Source of the DNA: a virus | Strand: one strand, 5' to 3' | DNA length: 44,355 bases | IMG/VR virus record: IMGVR_UViG_3300010266_000001 | Location: 1 to 44,355 of that record | In this document: positions 13,114-22,600 of the stretch, in pieces | Layout of the letters: each line of letters begins with the position of its first letter | How positions within the stretch are numbered: the first letter of the stretch is position 1 | The notes under the pieces: generated by a model | What the model was told of the DNA's origin: nothing | The model's input: the letters and a program-made list of their open reading frames with translations, nothing else | The model's database searches: none | Made by a program: the position numbers and the translations under genes

Positions 13114-14990
13114 ATACGATCCCAAACACGGACGCAGACAACGCCCTGATCCTTGGCACCGCCCTTCACACCGGCATTGAAGAAGGGGTTGAACAAGCCC
13201 TTGACTTCTACAAGAACAGCTTCCCGGTTCTGACGGATGATCACATTCATGAAATGATGAAGCTGGAAGCAATGATCTCCAAGGCAAAGGCCATGTTGCC
13301 GCCCGGTGGTTCCTTTGAATTGCCCATTGGGAACGGCGATTTCATCGGCTTTATGGATTACCTGTGGCCCTGTGGTTGGGATTCCAGAACCAATGAAACC
13401 TTGTTTGATCTGTACGATTTCAAGTATTCCAACAACGCCAAGAACTACGCCGTTTCCGGTCAGCTTCACGAATACAAGTATTGGTATGAACTGACCCATC
13501 CCGGCCACCGGATCAGGAATATGTATTTCCTGATTGTTCCCAAGCCCAAGATCAGGCAGAAAAGCACCGAAACCCTTTCCCAATTCCGTGACCGCTTGCA
13601 AGCGGCCTTGAAAGATGCTGAACCAACGCTGATGCCGGTTCAGTACAACCCCATGAAGATTGTGGACTTCCTGACCGATGTGAAGCACATGGTTGAAGCC
13701 ACAGACTTTCCCAAGAACCCAAACCATTTTTGTGGATGGTGTGAGTATGAAGAATATTGTCAGAAAGGATGGGATTATATGTTACTTCCCAAGAATGAAC
13801 GCCGTGATCTGAACGCCACCAAGAAGAAGGTTGTGTGGCTTTACGGCGCACCCTTCAGCGGCAAAACCTTCTTTGCCAATCAGTTCCCCGATCCCCTGAT
13901 GTTGAACACGGATGGCAACATCAAGTTTGTGGATGCCCCCTATATCGCCATTCGTGACACCGTTACGGTGGAAGGCCGTATCACCAAGCGCAAGTTGGCC
14001 TATGAAGTGTTCATGGATGCCGTGGCCGAACTGGAAAAGAAACAGAACGATTTCCGAACCATCGTGGTTGACCTTCTGGAAGATGTTTATGAATCGTGCC
14101 GGGTTTACATCTGTGATCGTCAGGGCTGGAAGCATGAATCTGATGATTCCTTCCGTGCGTGGGATATGGTCAGAAGTGAGTTCCTGAACACCCTGAAGCG
14201 GCTTGTGAATCTGGACTATGAAAACATCATCCTGATCAGCCATGAGGACAGAAGCCGTGACCTGACCCGCAAGGGCGGCGATAAGATCAGTTCTATCAAG
14301 CCGAACCTTCAGGATAAGGTGGCAAATAAGGTGGCCGGTATGGTTGATCTGGTGGCCCGTATCGTGGCGGACGATGATGAACGGGTGCTGTCTTTCAAGA
14401 CTTCTGAAGTGATCTTCGGCGGTGGCCGTTTGACTGTCCGTGATAAGGAAATCCCGCTGACCTATGACGCTTTCTGTGAAGTCTACGAGGAAGCCAACCA
14501 GAAGGCCGCAGGAGCCGTGAAGCGTGGCGGCAATACCCCGGCTACCCCCGCACCTGAAACCACCGACACGCCCACCACAGCGCCCAGCAGAAGGGGCAGA
14601 AAGGTCAAGACTGAAACCCCGCCCCCGGCTGATAACTATGATCCGGTTGAAGATGCGGCAAAGGCGGCTTGTGGTGATCCTGATGGAACTTGGACACCGG
14701 GCGGCGGTGAAAAGGATGATTCTGTTCCTGTTGATGAACCGGCCACCGGTGACACCCCGCCTTGGAACGATCTTCCCAAATGCCCGGACGGTGAACGCAT
14801 TTTCAGACAGCACGATCAGAACCCGGAAATCCCCCTTTGTCCGTCCATTGACGCTGGCCACCGTTGCCACAAGGAAGGCGGCCCCGATGGTTGCCCCCTG
14901 TGGGATCGCCCCAAGGCACAGGCAGAGGAACCCGCACCCAAGACGGATGCTAACCCGCCCCGCCGTACCCGGAAGAAGCGTGAAGAATAA
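13035..14990 (+). CDS. Fusion protein: Cas4-like PD-(D/E)XK nuclease (4-Cys cluster) + Sak4/AAA_24-like ATPase + Pro/Thr/Asp-rich, Cys-containing tail
   Basis: RBS aaaggggtga. N-terminal FDRCPYKY, DLYDFKYS and CGWCEYEEYC (C...CX2CX5C). Walker A is VWLYGAPFSGKTFFA and Walker B is IVVDLLED. The C-terminal ~170 aa are low complexity and include CPDG...CPSIDAGHRCH...GCP. Confidence 0.8.
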   Translation: MRVSHSRVEVFDRCPYKYRLRYVEGIDTIPNTDADNALILGTALHTGIEEGVEQALDFYKNSFPVLTDDHIHEMMKLEAMISKAKAMLPPGGSFELPIGNGDFIGFMDYLWPCGWDSRTNETLFDLYDFKYSNNAKNYAVSGQLHEYKYWYELTHPGHRIRNMYFLIVPKPKIRQKSTETLSQFRDRLQAALKDAEPTLMPVQYNPMKIVDFLTDVKHMVEATDFPKNPNHFCGWCEYEEYCQKGWDYMLLPKNERRDLNATKKKVVWLYGAPFSGKTFFANQFPDPLMLNTDGNIKFVDAPYIAIRDTVTVEGRITKRKLAYEVFMDAVAELEKKQNDFRTIVVDLLEDVYESCRVYICDRQGWKHESDDSFRAWDMVRSEFLNTLKRLVNLDYENIILISHEDRSRDLTRKGGDKISSIKPNLQDKVANKVAGMVDLVARIVADDDERVLSFKTSEVIFGGGRLTVRDKEIPLTYDAFCEVYEEANQKAAGAVKRGGNTPATPAPETTDTPTTAPSRRGRKVKTETPPPADNYDPVEDAAKAACGDPDGTWTPGGGEKDDSVPVDEPATGDTPPWNDLPKCPDGERIFRQHDQNPEIPLCPSIDAGHRCHKEGGPDGCPLWDRPKAQAEEPAPKTDANPPRRTRKKREE

Positions 14991-15325
14991 TGGCTGATGT
15001 GCTGATGATTGCCGGGAAGCCTGAAACCATCTTCAAGGCCCGTGATTTTGAATATCTGGTTGAAAAATACATGGGTTATGAAGCGGCCAAGTATTTCCGG
15101 GAATACGCTGAAAAGGCTGATGAAGAAGTCAGATCGGCCAAGGCCGGTGAGAACACAGACCTTGCTTCCTATGAAGCTGACCTTGAAAGCAATCACAGAG
15201 CCTTTCAGGACATTCAGACGGAAGCCGCAGTTATCACCGGTGTTCTTCAAGAAAAACGGATAAACCGTGAGAAGATCGCCCATGCAGTCAGGGAAATTGG
15301 AAAAATTCTTTCCAACCAAATATAA
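14990..15325 (+). CDS. Hypothetical protein
   Basis: TAATG overlap with the preceding gene. 111 aa, acidic and helical. Confidence 0.6.
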   Translation: MADVLMIAGKPETIFKARDFEYLVEKYMGYEAAKYFREYAEKADEEVRSAKAGENTDLASYEADLESNHRAFQDIQTEAAVITGVLQEKRINREKIAHAVREIGKILSNQI

Positions 15326-15353
15326 AAAACAACATTTTTGGAGGTAAAAAACT

Positions 15354-15824
15354 ATGGCTATTGATTTTGACAAGATTGATCGTTCTGTTGATCTGAAGGG
15401 CCTTCAGGCTGATGTGGAGGATGCCAAGAAGAACGGCGGCGGTGATTTCCCCACCATTCCCGCTGGCAAGTATGAAGTGAAGCTGGAAAGCATGGAGATC
15501 AAAGGCACCAAGGCTGATCCTAACCGCCCCATGCTGGCCGTGTCCTTCAAAATCCTGTCCGGTGAGTTCAAGAACCAGCGCCTTTTCATGAACCGTGTCC
15601 TTTACGGCACCAAGAATGACAAGAACATGATCGCTTCCGCTATGGGCTTCCTTGAAAAGCTGGATTCCGGTGTTCCTGTCAGCTTCACCAGCTACAAGCA
15701 GTTTTCCCAGCTTGTTCTTGATGTGGCGGAAGCCATTGATGGAAACTTGGAATATGCGGTGGACTACGATGATTCCCGCTTCAATTCCATCACCGTTGAA
15801 GAAGTTTTCGAGGTTGAAAACTGA
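15354..15824 (+). CDS. DUF669-like protein (partner of Sak4-type recombination modules)
   Basis: RBS ggaggt. IPAGKYEVKLESMEIKGTKADPNRPMLAVSFKILSGEFKNQRLF resembles DUF669 phage proteins, and the gene is positioned next to the ATPase. Confidence 0.6.
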   Translation: MAIDFDKIDRSVDLKGLQADVEDAKKNGGGDFPTIPAGKYEVKLESMEIKGTKADPNRPMLAVSFKILSGEFKNQRLFMNRVLYGTKNDKNMIASAMGFLEKLDSGVPVSFTSYKQFSQLVLDVAEAIDGNLEYAVDYDDSRFNSITVEEVFEVEN

Positions 15825-15846
15825 CCCAAAATTTTTTACAATGGAA

Positions 15847-15862
15847 GTGTCTTTTAGGACAC
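15847..15862. promoter_or_regulatory. Operator palindrome GTGTCTTTTAGGACAC (reverse complement of the 7268 site)
   Basis: Exact reverse complement of 7268-7283. Lies in the 170-bp gap upstream of the DNA polymerase gene. Confidence 0.55.
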
Positions 15863-15996
15863 GAACCACTTTTGAAAGTTCACTTTCAAGCCGGGGCGAA
15901 AGCCCCGGAATGGCCCCAAGTGAAAGCCTTCCCGTGGCGGGGCTGATAAGGCGGAAACGCTGACCGATTTCACAAAAGCTGAAAGGATGTGAGTTG

Positions 15997-17799
15997 ATGA
16001 TCTTCTATGATTTTGAGGTTTTCCGGTATGACTGGCTGGTTGTCCTGATCGACCTGAACGCCCGAAAAGAAACCGTGATTATCAACGATCCCGACAAGCT
16101 GAAACGCTTCTATGAGGAACACAAGGGTGTGATTTGGGCCGGTTACAATTCCCGGAACTATGATCAGTACATTCTGAAGGCCATTCTGTGTGGGTTTGAT
16201 CCAAAGCCTGTGAATGATTGGATCATTGCAGAGGCTAAACCCGGTTACAGATATTCAAGCCTGTTCAGGGAATACCCGCTGATCAATTATGATGTGATGC
16301 CGAACCCGCCAATCAGCCTGAAGGCGCTGGAAGCGTTCATGGGCCATTCCATAAAAGAAACTTCTGTTCCCTTCGACATTGACCGGCCTTTAACTGAAGC
16401 AGAGTTGGCCGAAACGGTCAAATATTGTCGCCATGATGTGGAACAGACAGTGGAAGTGTGGTTACGGCGGAAGGAAGATGAATTTGATGCCCAAATGTCA
16501 CTTGTGAAGGCGTTCCACCTTCCCATTTCTGACATTGGCCGCACCAAAGCACAGCTTTCCGCCAAAATCCTTGGGGCCGTTCAAAGGGAACACAATGATG
16601 AATTTGAAATTGAGTTCCCGCCCAGCTTGCGGATCGAAAAATACACAGAAGTTTTGAATTGGTACAAGAACCCCTTGAACCGTGATTATTCCAAAACCCT
16701 TGAACTGGATGTGGCCGGGGTTCCCCATGTGTTCGCTTGGGGTGGCCTTCACGGGGCCATTCCCAAATATCACGGGGAAGGTTGGTTTGTCAATGTGGAT
16801 GTGGCTTCCTATTACCCGTCTTTGATGCTGGTTTATAAGTGGCTTTCCCGTAATGTTCACGATCCTTCCAAGTATGCGGAAATTTATCACACCCGCCTGA
16901 AGCTGAAGGCGGAGAAGAACCCCATGCAACAGCCTTACAAGATTGTTCTAAACAGCACCTATGGCGCTATGAAGGATAAGCACAATGCCATGTATGATCC
17001 CCGGCAAGCCAACAATGTTTGTGTGGGCGGTCAGCTTCTTCTTCTGGATTTGATTGAACGGCTGGAAGATCATTGTGAAATTATCCAGAGCAACACGGAT
17101 GGTATTTTGGTCAAACTTCGCCGGTATGAAGATTTTGAAATGCTGGACGATCTGTGTTGGGAGTGGGAGCAAAGAACCGGGATGCGCCTTGAATTTGATG
17201 AATTTCAAAAGGTGTATCAGAAAGATGTGAACAATTACATCATTATTCCTTCCGGGCCGCTTCGTGATGAAAAAGGGAAACCCCGCTGGAAGTGCAAGGG
17301 TGCCTATGTCAAAAAGCTGTCTGATCTGGATTATGACCTTCCCATTGTCAACCGGGCCATTGTGAACTATTTCCTTCAAGGTATTGCCCCGGAAGAAACC
17401 ATTCTGGCCTGTGACCGCTTGCGGGATTTCCAGAAGGTTGTGAAGGTTTCCAGCAAGTACAAATATGCACTTTATTCCCCGGTGATTACGGAAGCCAAAA
17501 TCAGGGATGAAAAAGGCCGTTCTAAGAAAATCACCCGCTTCAGCGGCGGTGAGGTTCAGACGGATAAAACCTTCCGGGTGTTCGCTTCCAAGGATCAGAG
17601 CAAGGGCGGAATCTTTAAGGTTTCCGGGAAAATCGTCAAGGGCCGGGAAAAGAACCCTGAAAAGTTCGGCAACACCCCGGATCATTGTTTTTTCATCAAT
17701 GATGATGTGACCAACCTTCCTATCCCGGATGAACTGGACAAGCAATATTACATTGATGTTGCTTGGGATCGGTTGAAAGATTTCGGGGTGGAACGATGA
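15997..17799 (+). CDS. Family B DNA polymerase with 3'-5' exonuclease domain
   Basis: Exo motifs FYDFEV and GYNSRNYDQYIL. Polymerase motifs DVASYYPSLM (A), KIVLNSTYGAM (B) and QSNTDGILV (C). Confidence 0.9.
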   Translation: MIFYDFEVFRYDWLVVLIDLNARKETVIINDPDKLKRFYEEHKGVIWAGYNSRNYDQYILKAILCGFDPKPVNDWIIAEAKPGYRYSSLFREYPLINYDVMPNPPISLKALEAFMGHSIKETSVPFDIDRPLTEAELAETVKYCRHDVEQTVEVWLRRKEDEFDAQMSLVKAFHLPISDIGRTKAQLSAKILGAVQREHNDEFEIEFPPSLRIEKYTEVLNWYKNPLNRDYSKTLELDVAGVPHVFAWGGLHGAIPKYHGEGWFVNVDVASYYPSLMLVYKWLSRNVHDPSKYAEIYHTRLKLKAEKNPMQQPYKIVLNSTYGAMKDKHNAMYDPRQANNVCVGGQLLLLDLIERLEDHCEIIQSNTDGILVKLRRYEDFEMLDDLCWEWEQRTGMRLEFDEFQKVYQKDVNNYIIIPSGPLRDEKGKPRWKCKGAYVKKLSDLDYDLPIVNRAIVNYFLQGIAPEETILACDRLRDFQKVVKVSSKYKYALYSPVITEAKIRDEKGRSKKITRFSGGEVQTDKTFRVFASKDQSKGGIFKVSGKIVKGREKNPEKFGNTPDHCFFINDDVTNLPIPDELDKQYYIDVAWDRLKDFGVER

Positions 17800-17834
17800 A
17801 CAATAAAACCTTTCGGGGGGGGGAGCGTTGAAGC

Positions 17835-18314
17835 ATGGAACTTCAAGATTTAACCGGAAAAACCTTTGGAAAATTAACGGTGATTCGCAGGGAAGGAAGC
17901 CTGAATAATCACCCGGCGTGGCTTTGCCGTTGTGATTGCGGCAATGAAACCGTTGTAAGAGGAAGGGCATTGATAAGCGGAAACACCAAAAGCTGTGGTT
18001 GCCTTCGAGGTATCAACCATTTCAGAATCCATAACGGGAAAGGAACCCGTTTATATCGCATTTGGAAAGCCATGAAAACCAGATGTACCAATCCGAACAC
18101 AAATGATTGGAAGAACTATGGTGGGCGTGGAATTACCGTCTGCCCTGAATGGTTGAATGATTTTCAAGCCTTCCACGATTGGGCCATGTCACATGGGTAT
18201 CAAGATGATTTGACCATTGATCGGATTGATGTGAATGGAAACTATGAGCCGGGGAATTGCCGATGGGCAACAAGAAAAGAACAGCGGCACAATCAAAGGG
18301 TGGTGACAGCATGA
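17835..18314 (+). CDS. Zinc-ribbon / HNH-like DNA-binding protein (possible free-standing homing endonuclease)
   Basis: CRCDCGNETVV...SCGC, then YRIWKAMKTRCTNPN...YGGRGITVCPEW...DRIDVNGNYEPGNCRWATRKEQ. Inserted between the polymerase and primase genes. The family call is tentative. Confidence 0.45.
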   Translation: MELQDLTGKTFGKLTVIRREGSLNNHPAWLCRCDCGNETVVRGRALISGNTKSCGCLRGINHFRIHNGKGTRLYRIWKAMKTRCTNPNTNDWKNYGGRGITVCPEWLNDFQAFHDWAMSHGYQDDLTIDRIDVNGNYEPGNCRWATRKEQRHNQRVVTA

Positions 18315-20206
18315 ATGGTTCTCTTTTTCGTGGCTATGTGCCTACCAGAAACAAACAATGCCTTGAAAAGTTCAAAGGCGTTGAAAAACTGAAAACCCGT
18401 TCTGAAGTCCAAGACCTTGATGAATACGCCGGTATTCTTGGGGAAGAAACCATCCTGATTGATGTGGATGATGCGGAAACATCTGAACTTCTGTTCAGAA
18501 TGGTTCAGGATTTAGAACTGAAGTGCAGAGTGTACGCCACCACACGGGGAAAACACTTCTTGTTCAAGAACTGTGGTGTTAAAAAAAGCTGGACGAAATG
18601 CACCTTGGCCGTGGGTATCACCACGGATGGAAAGGTTGGAGCCAATAACAGCTATGAAATCTTGAAGTCCGGTGGCGTGGAACGGCCCATTCTGTATGAC
18701 TTCCCTGAAGGGGAGATTCAGGAACTTCCCAAGTGGCTGACCCCGGTGAAAAGCAACTATGATTTCCCGAACCTTGGCGAAGGTGATGGGCGGAACCAAA
18801 CCCTGTTCAACTACATTCTGACCCTTCAGAGTGACGATTTTACCAAGGAAGAAGCCCGTGAATGTATCAGGCTGATTAACCGTTATGTGCTGAAGAAGCC
18901 CCTTTCCGACAAGGAACTTGATGTGATCCTTCGGGATGATGCCTTCAAGAAAACATCCTTCTTCCGGGATAAAACCTTCCTGTTTGATAAGTTCGCCACC
19001 TACCTGAAGAACAACAACCATATTGTGAAGATCAATAACCAGCTTCACATTTACAAGGATGGTATCTATGTTTCCGGTGCCGGTGAGATTGAAGGGGCCA
19101 TGATCAAGCTGATCAGCAACCTGAAACGGGCGTGGCGTTCGGAAGTCCTGTCCTATCTGGAAATCATGATTGAGGAAAACACCAAGGCCACCAACCCGAA
19201 TATCATTGCTTTCAGCAACGGCCTTTACAATATCCGGGATGGTTCTTTCAAAGAGTTCACCCCGGATGTGGTCATTACAAACAAAATCCCGTGGCCGTAC
19301 AACCCCGCCGCCCATGATGATCTGTTGGATCATACCCTGAACCGGCTGGCCTGTGATGATCCTGAAGTTCGGGCCTTGCTGGAAGAAATGGTGGGCTATT
19401 GTATGTACCGCCGCAATGAACTTGGCAAAGCCTTCATCCTGATTGGCGATAAGAGCAACGGCAAATCCACCTTTCTTCATGTGGTGAAGAACCTTCTTGG
19501 GGATCAGAACATTGCTTCCCTTGACCTGAAGGAATTGGGCGATAGGTTCAAAACCGCTGAATTATTTGGCAAGCTGGCGAACATCGGTGATGATATTGGT
19601 GATGAATTTATTGCCAATGCTTCCGTGTTCAAGAAGTTGGTCACGGGTGATCGGGTGAATGTGGAGCGCAAAGGCCAAGATCCTTTTGAGTTCAACAATT
19701 ATTCCAAGTTCCTGTTCAGCGCCAACAATATTCCCCGTATCAAGGACAAAACCGGAGCCGTTCAGCGGCGTTTGGTGATCGTTCCCTTCGATGCCAAGTT
19801 CACCCCCAATGATGCAGACTTCCGCCCGTTCATTAAGGATGAACTGTGTGAACAGGGTTCAATGGAATATCTGGCTTTGCTTGGCCTTCAGGGGTTGAAG
19901 CGGGTATTGGGCAACGCACAGTTCACCACTTCAAGCCGGGTTCAGGGGCAGTTGGATGAATATGAGGAAAACAACAATCCCATTATTGGCTTCATCAATG
20001 AAGTGGGCCTTGAAGGGATTGAGAATGAAGCCACCGATTCCGTATATCGCCGGTACAAAGAATATTGTATTGCAAACAATTTCCAAGCCCTTTCCAAGAT
20101 TGAGTTTTCCCGGCAGATCACAAAACGCTGTGGCTTTTCAACGGCCCTGAAATGGATCAGAAACAAAAGAACCCGTGTGTTTTTGAAAGGCGGTGAAGAT
20201 GTTTGA
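18311..20206 (+). CDS. Prim-pol type DNA primase fused to D5/P4-family SF3 helicase
   Basis: N-terminal ILIDVDD and TTRGKHFLF. Walker A is IGDKSNGKSTF. Other motifs: NIGDDIG and RRLVIVPF. Confidence 0.9.
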   Translation: MNGSLFRGYVPTRNKQCLEKFKGVEKLKTRSEVQDLDEYAGILGEETILIDVDDAETSELLFRMVQDLELKCRVYATTRGKHFLFKNCGVKKSWTKCTLAVGITTDGKVGANNSYEILKSGGVERPILYDFPEGEIQELPKWLTPVKSNYDFPNLGEGDGRNQTLFNYILTLQSDDFTKEEARECIRLINRYVLKKPLSDKELDVILRDDAFKKTSFFRDKTFLFDKFATYLKNNNHIVKINNQLHIYKDGIYVSGAGEIEGAMIKLISNLKRAWRSEVLSYLEIMIEENTKATNPNIIAFSNGLYNIRDGSFKEFTPDVVITNKIPWPYNPAAHDDLLDHTLNRLACDDPEVRALLEEMVGYCMYRRNELGKAFILIGDKSNGKSTFLHVVKNLLGDQNIASLDLKELGDRFKTAELFGKLANIGDDIGDEFIANASVFKKLVTGDRVNVERKGQDPFEFNNYSKFLFSANNIPRIKDKTGAVQRRLVIVPFDAKFTPNDADFRPFIKDELCEQGSMEYLALLGLQGLKRVLGNAQFTTSSRVQGQLDEYEENNNPIIGFINEVGLEGIENEATDSVYRRYKEYCIANNFQALSKIEFSRQITKRCGFSTALKWIRNKRTRVFLKGGEDV

Positions 20207-20787
20207 GTGGTTCCAAAAAGGTGTTTACCACCTTGGGCAGTTCCAACCATGTTCCTGAAGAACGGGAAGCCTTTGATTACTACGCTACCGATCCAAGGGC
20301 CGTGGAAATGCTTCTGGAGCTGGAACAGTTTTCCCCGGTCATTTGGGAACCGGCTTGTGGGGAAGGTCACATTTCCAAGGTGCTTCAGGCCCACGGCTAT
20401 GAAGTTATTTCCACCGATCTGATTTACCGTGGCTTTGGTGATCCTGAACCGTTGGATTTCCTGACGGAAACGCTGGACGATTTTGAAGGCGATATAATCA
20501 CAAACCCGCCGTATTCAATGGGGCTTGAATTTGTTCAACGGGCGCTTGAAAGCGTTCGGCCCGGTGGGAAAGTGGCTATGTTCCTGAAGGTTCAGTTCTT
20601 GGAAGGTCAAAAACGGGGTGAGTTCTTCAGGAATACCCCCCCCCGAAAGGTTTATATCAGCCGTTCCCGGCTGGCCTGTTATAAAAACGGCGATATGAGC
20701 GGAAAACCGGAAAGCGCCATTGCCTATGCGTGGTATGTGTGGGAAAAGGGGTTCACCGGTGATCCAATTATCAAATGGTTCAACTGA
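20203..20787 (+). CDS. N6-adenine DNA methyltransferase (no cognate endonuclease seen)
   Basis: The TTG start overlaps the primase stop. WEPACGEGH (SAM motif I) and IITNPPY (motif IV). Confidence 0.85.
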   Translation: MSGSKKVFTTLGSSNHVPEEREAFDYYATDPRAVEMLLELEQFSPVIWEPACGEGHISKVLQAHGYEVISTDLIYRGFGDPEPLDFLTETLDDFEGDIITNPPYSMGLEFVQRALESVRPGGKVAMFLKVQFLEGQKRGEFFRNTPPRKVYISRSRLACYKNGDMSGKPESAIAYAWYVWEKGFTGDPIIKWFN

Positions 20788-20798
20788 AAGGATGATGA

Positions 20799-21101
20799 AT
20801 GATGGCAGAAACGAAAGTTGCAAAACACGCCTTGATCTGTGAGGAAATCAATGATCTGTACGCCCGGAAAAATCAGGATTACGGTGATAGTTTTCACCAG
20901 ACCTTCATGGAAGAAGGAATGGCAATGGCCCGGATCAGGCTTGGGGATAAGCTGGCCCGGTTCAAGAGCCTGACCAAATCCGGGGTTCAGCAGGTGAAGG
21001 ATGAATCTATCCGTGATACCCTGATTGACCTTGCCAACTACGCCATTATGACGGTGTTGGAACTGGATGCTATGAAAGAAGGTGGTTCTGATGAACGCTA
21101 A
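20799..21101 (+). CDS. DUF1599-like (nucleotide-modification-associated domain 1) protein
   Basis: RKNQDYGDSF...RIRLGDKLARFKSL...IRDTLIDLANYAIM. Confidence 0.65.
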   Translation: MMAETKVAKHALICEEINDLYARKNQDYGDSFHQTFMEEGMAMARIRLGDKLARFKSLTKSGVQQVKDESIRDTLIDLANYAIMTVLELDAMKEGGSDER

Positions 21102-21429
21102 CCGGTACATGCGGGATGCTTTGCGAACCGCTGACCGTTCCAGCACCGACCGCCTGAAGCTGGAATGTGCCTTGGGCCTTTGCGGTGAAGCTGGTGAAGT
21201 GGCCGAACAGGTGAAGAAGCATTTCTTCCACGGTCACGAACTGGACAAGCGCCACATGATTGAAGAACTTGGGGATGTGGCGTGGTATCTGGCGGTTCTG
21301 TGCAACGCTATTGGTTCTGACCTTGATACCGTCATGGAAGAAAATCTGAAGAAGCTGGAAAAGCGTTATCCTGAAGGCTTCGATCCTTACCGTTCACAGC
21401 ACCGGAATGATTTTGGAGGTGTACTATGA
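21091..21429 (+). CDS. mazG: MazG-like nucleoside triphosphate pyrophosphohydrolase
   Basis: LGLCGEAGEVAEQVKKHFFHGHELD...EELGDVAWYLAVL (EExxE...ExxD pattern). Confidence 0.85.
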   Translation: MNANRYMRDALRTADRSSTDRLKLECALGLCGEAGEVAEQVKKHFFHGHELDKRHMIEELGDVAWYLAVLCNAIGSDLDTVMEENLKKLEKRYPEGFDPYRSQHRNDFGGVL

Positions 21430-22067
21430 AAATTATCAAACCCGATGTGCAGTTCATTACCCCGGTTGATGGGGCAATTATCCTGAAGCGGCTGGAAGAA
21501 TGTGGCCGTGTGTGCTATAAGTCCGAGGATAAGATCACGGACACCAGCGCCCCGGCATTTGTGGCCGGTATCATCAAGCGTGGACATGAAGCGGTTCTGG
21601 AACATTGTTCCTTCACGGTGAAGTTTATCTGTGATCGTGGTGTTTCCCATGAGATTGTACGCCACAGAATGGCTTCCTATTGTCAGGAAAGCACCCGCTA
21701 TTGCAATTACGGGAAGGGCAAGTTCGGGGAAGAAATCACCGTGATTGAACCTTGCTTCCTGAATGAAGGAACTGAAGGTTATAGAATGTGGGCAGGAATT
21801 TGTTCTCTTGCTGAAGCCTATTACTTTGATTTGCTTAATTTGGGTTGCACCCCGCAGGAAGCCCGTTCAGTGTTGCCAAACAGCCTGAAAACGGAAGTGG
21901 TTATGACAGCCAACATTCGGGAGTGGCGGCATTTCCTAAAGTTGCGCTGTTCCCCCGCCGCACACCCGCAGATGCGGGAAGTGGCCCTGATCCTGTTGGA
22001 CAAGGTTCACGCCCTGATTCCGGTGTGCTTCGATGATATTTGGAGTGAATACCATGCCGATCTTTAA
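21426..22067 (+). CDS. thyX: FAD-dependent thymidylate synthase ThyX
   Basis: Contains the ThyX signature RHRMASYCQESTRY (RHRxxSxxxxSxR). Confidence 0.9.
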   Translation: MKIIKPDVQFITPVDGAIILKRLEECGRVCYKSEDKITDTSAPAFVAGIIKRGHEAVLEHCSFTVKFICDRGVSHEIVRHRMASYCQESTRYCNYGKGKFGEEITVIEPCFLNEGTEGYRMWAGICSLAEAYYFDLLNLGCTPQEARSVLPNSLKTEVVMTANIREWRHFLKLRCSPAAHPQMREVALILLDKVHALIPVCFDDIWSEYHADL

Positions 22068-22401
22068 GAAATCCGGTGGGAAAATCTTTGGGGTGCAGTT
22101 CAACAAAGCTGAACAACGGGCCTTGGATCAGGCAATCAATGAACAGATTGTGGCGAATGATCGGGCCTTCGATATGGACAAGGAATCTTCCATTCTGTGG
22201 ATGCTTCACACCCAATTTGGCTTTGGCCCCAAGCGCCTGAAAAAAGCATGGGATTTGTTCTATGCCGAAACCCGGAAGCTACGGGAATATTACCTGATGG
22301 ATCAGACGGATGAAGGTTGGCTGGCCCGTCAAAAGCTAAAGGAAATCGGGTGTGATATTGAAGAATGGTACAGAGAAGAAGGAGGGAAAACCGATGCCTA
22401 A
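22054..22401 (+). CDS. Hypothetical protein
   Basis: Internal ATG at 22054. 115 aa. No family recognised. Confidence 0.55.
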   Translation: MPIFKKSGGKIFGVQFNKAEQRALDQAINEQIVANDRAFDMDKESSILWMLHTQFGFGPKRLKKAWDLFYAETRKLREYYLMDQTDEGWLARQKLKEIGCDIEEWYREEGGKTDA

Positions 22402-22600
22402 ACCTTGGGAAAATGCTGAAGGGTATCACGATCCGACAGCCTACCACGGCACAAAGAACATCATCCGTGACGAGGATGAACAGCAGAAGCGGGTGAACAC
22501 CCTGATCTTCGTCCTGAAGTACATCACCCGGTTGGCGGGGTTTGAACTTCTGAACCGTATTGAAATCAAAGACCGAAAGACCGGGAGGGAATATAAATGA
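22394..22600 (+). CDS. Hypothetical protein
   Basis: RBS ggaggg. 68 aa: MPKPWENAEGYHDPTAYHGTKNIIRDEDEQQKRVNTLIFVLKYITRLAGF. Confidence 0.5.
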   Translation: MPKPWENAEGYHDPTAYHGTKNIIRDEDEQQKRVNTLIFVLKYITRLAGFELLNRIEIKDRKTGREYK

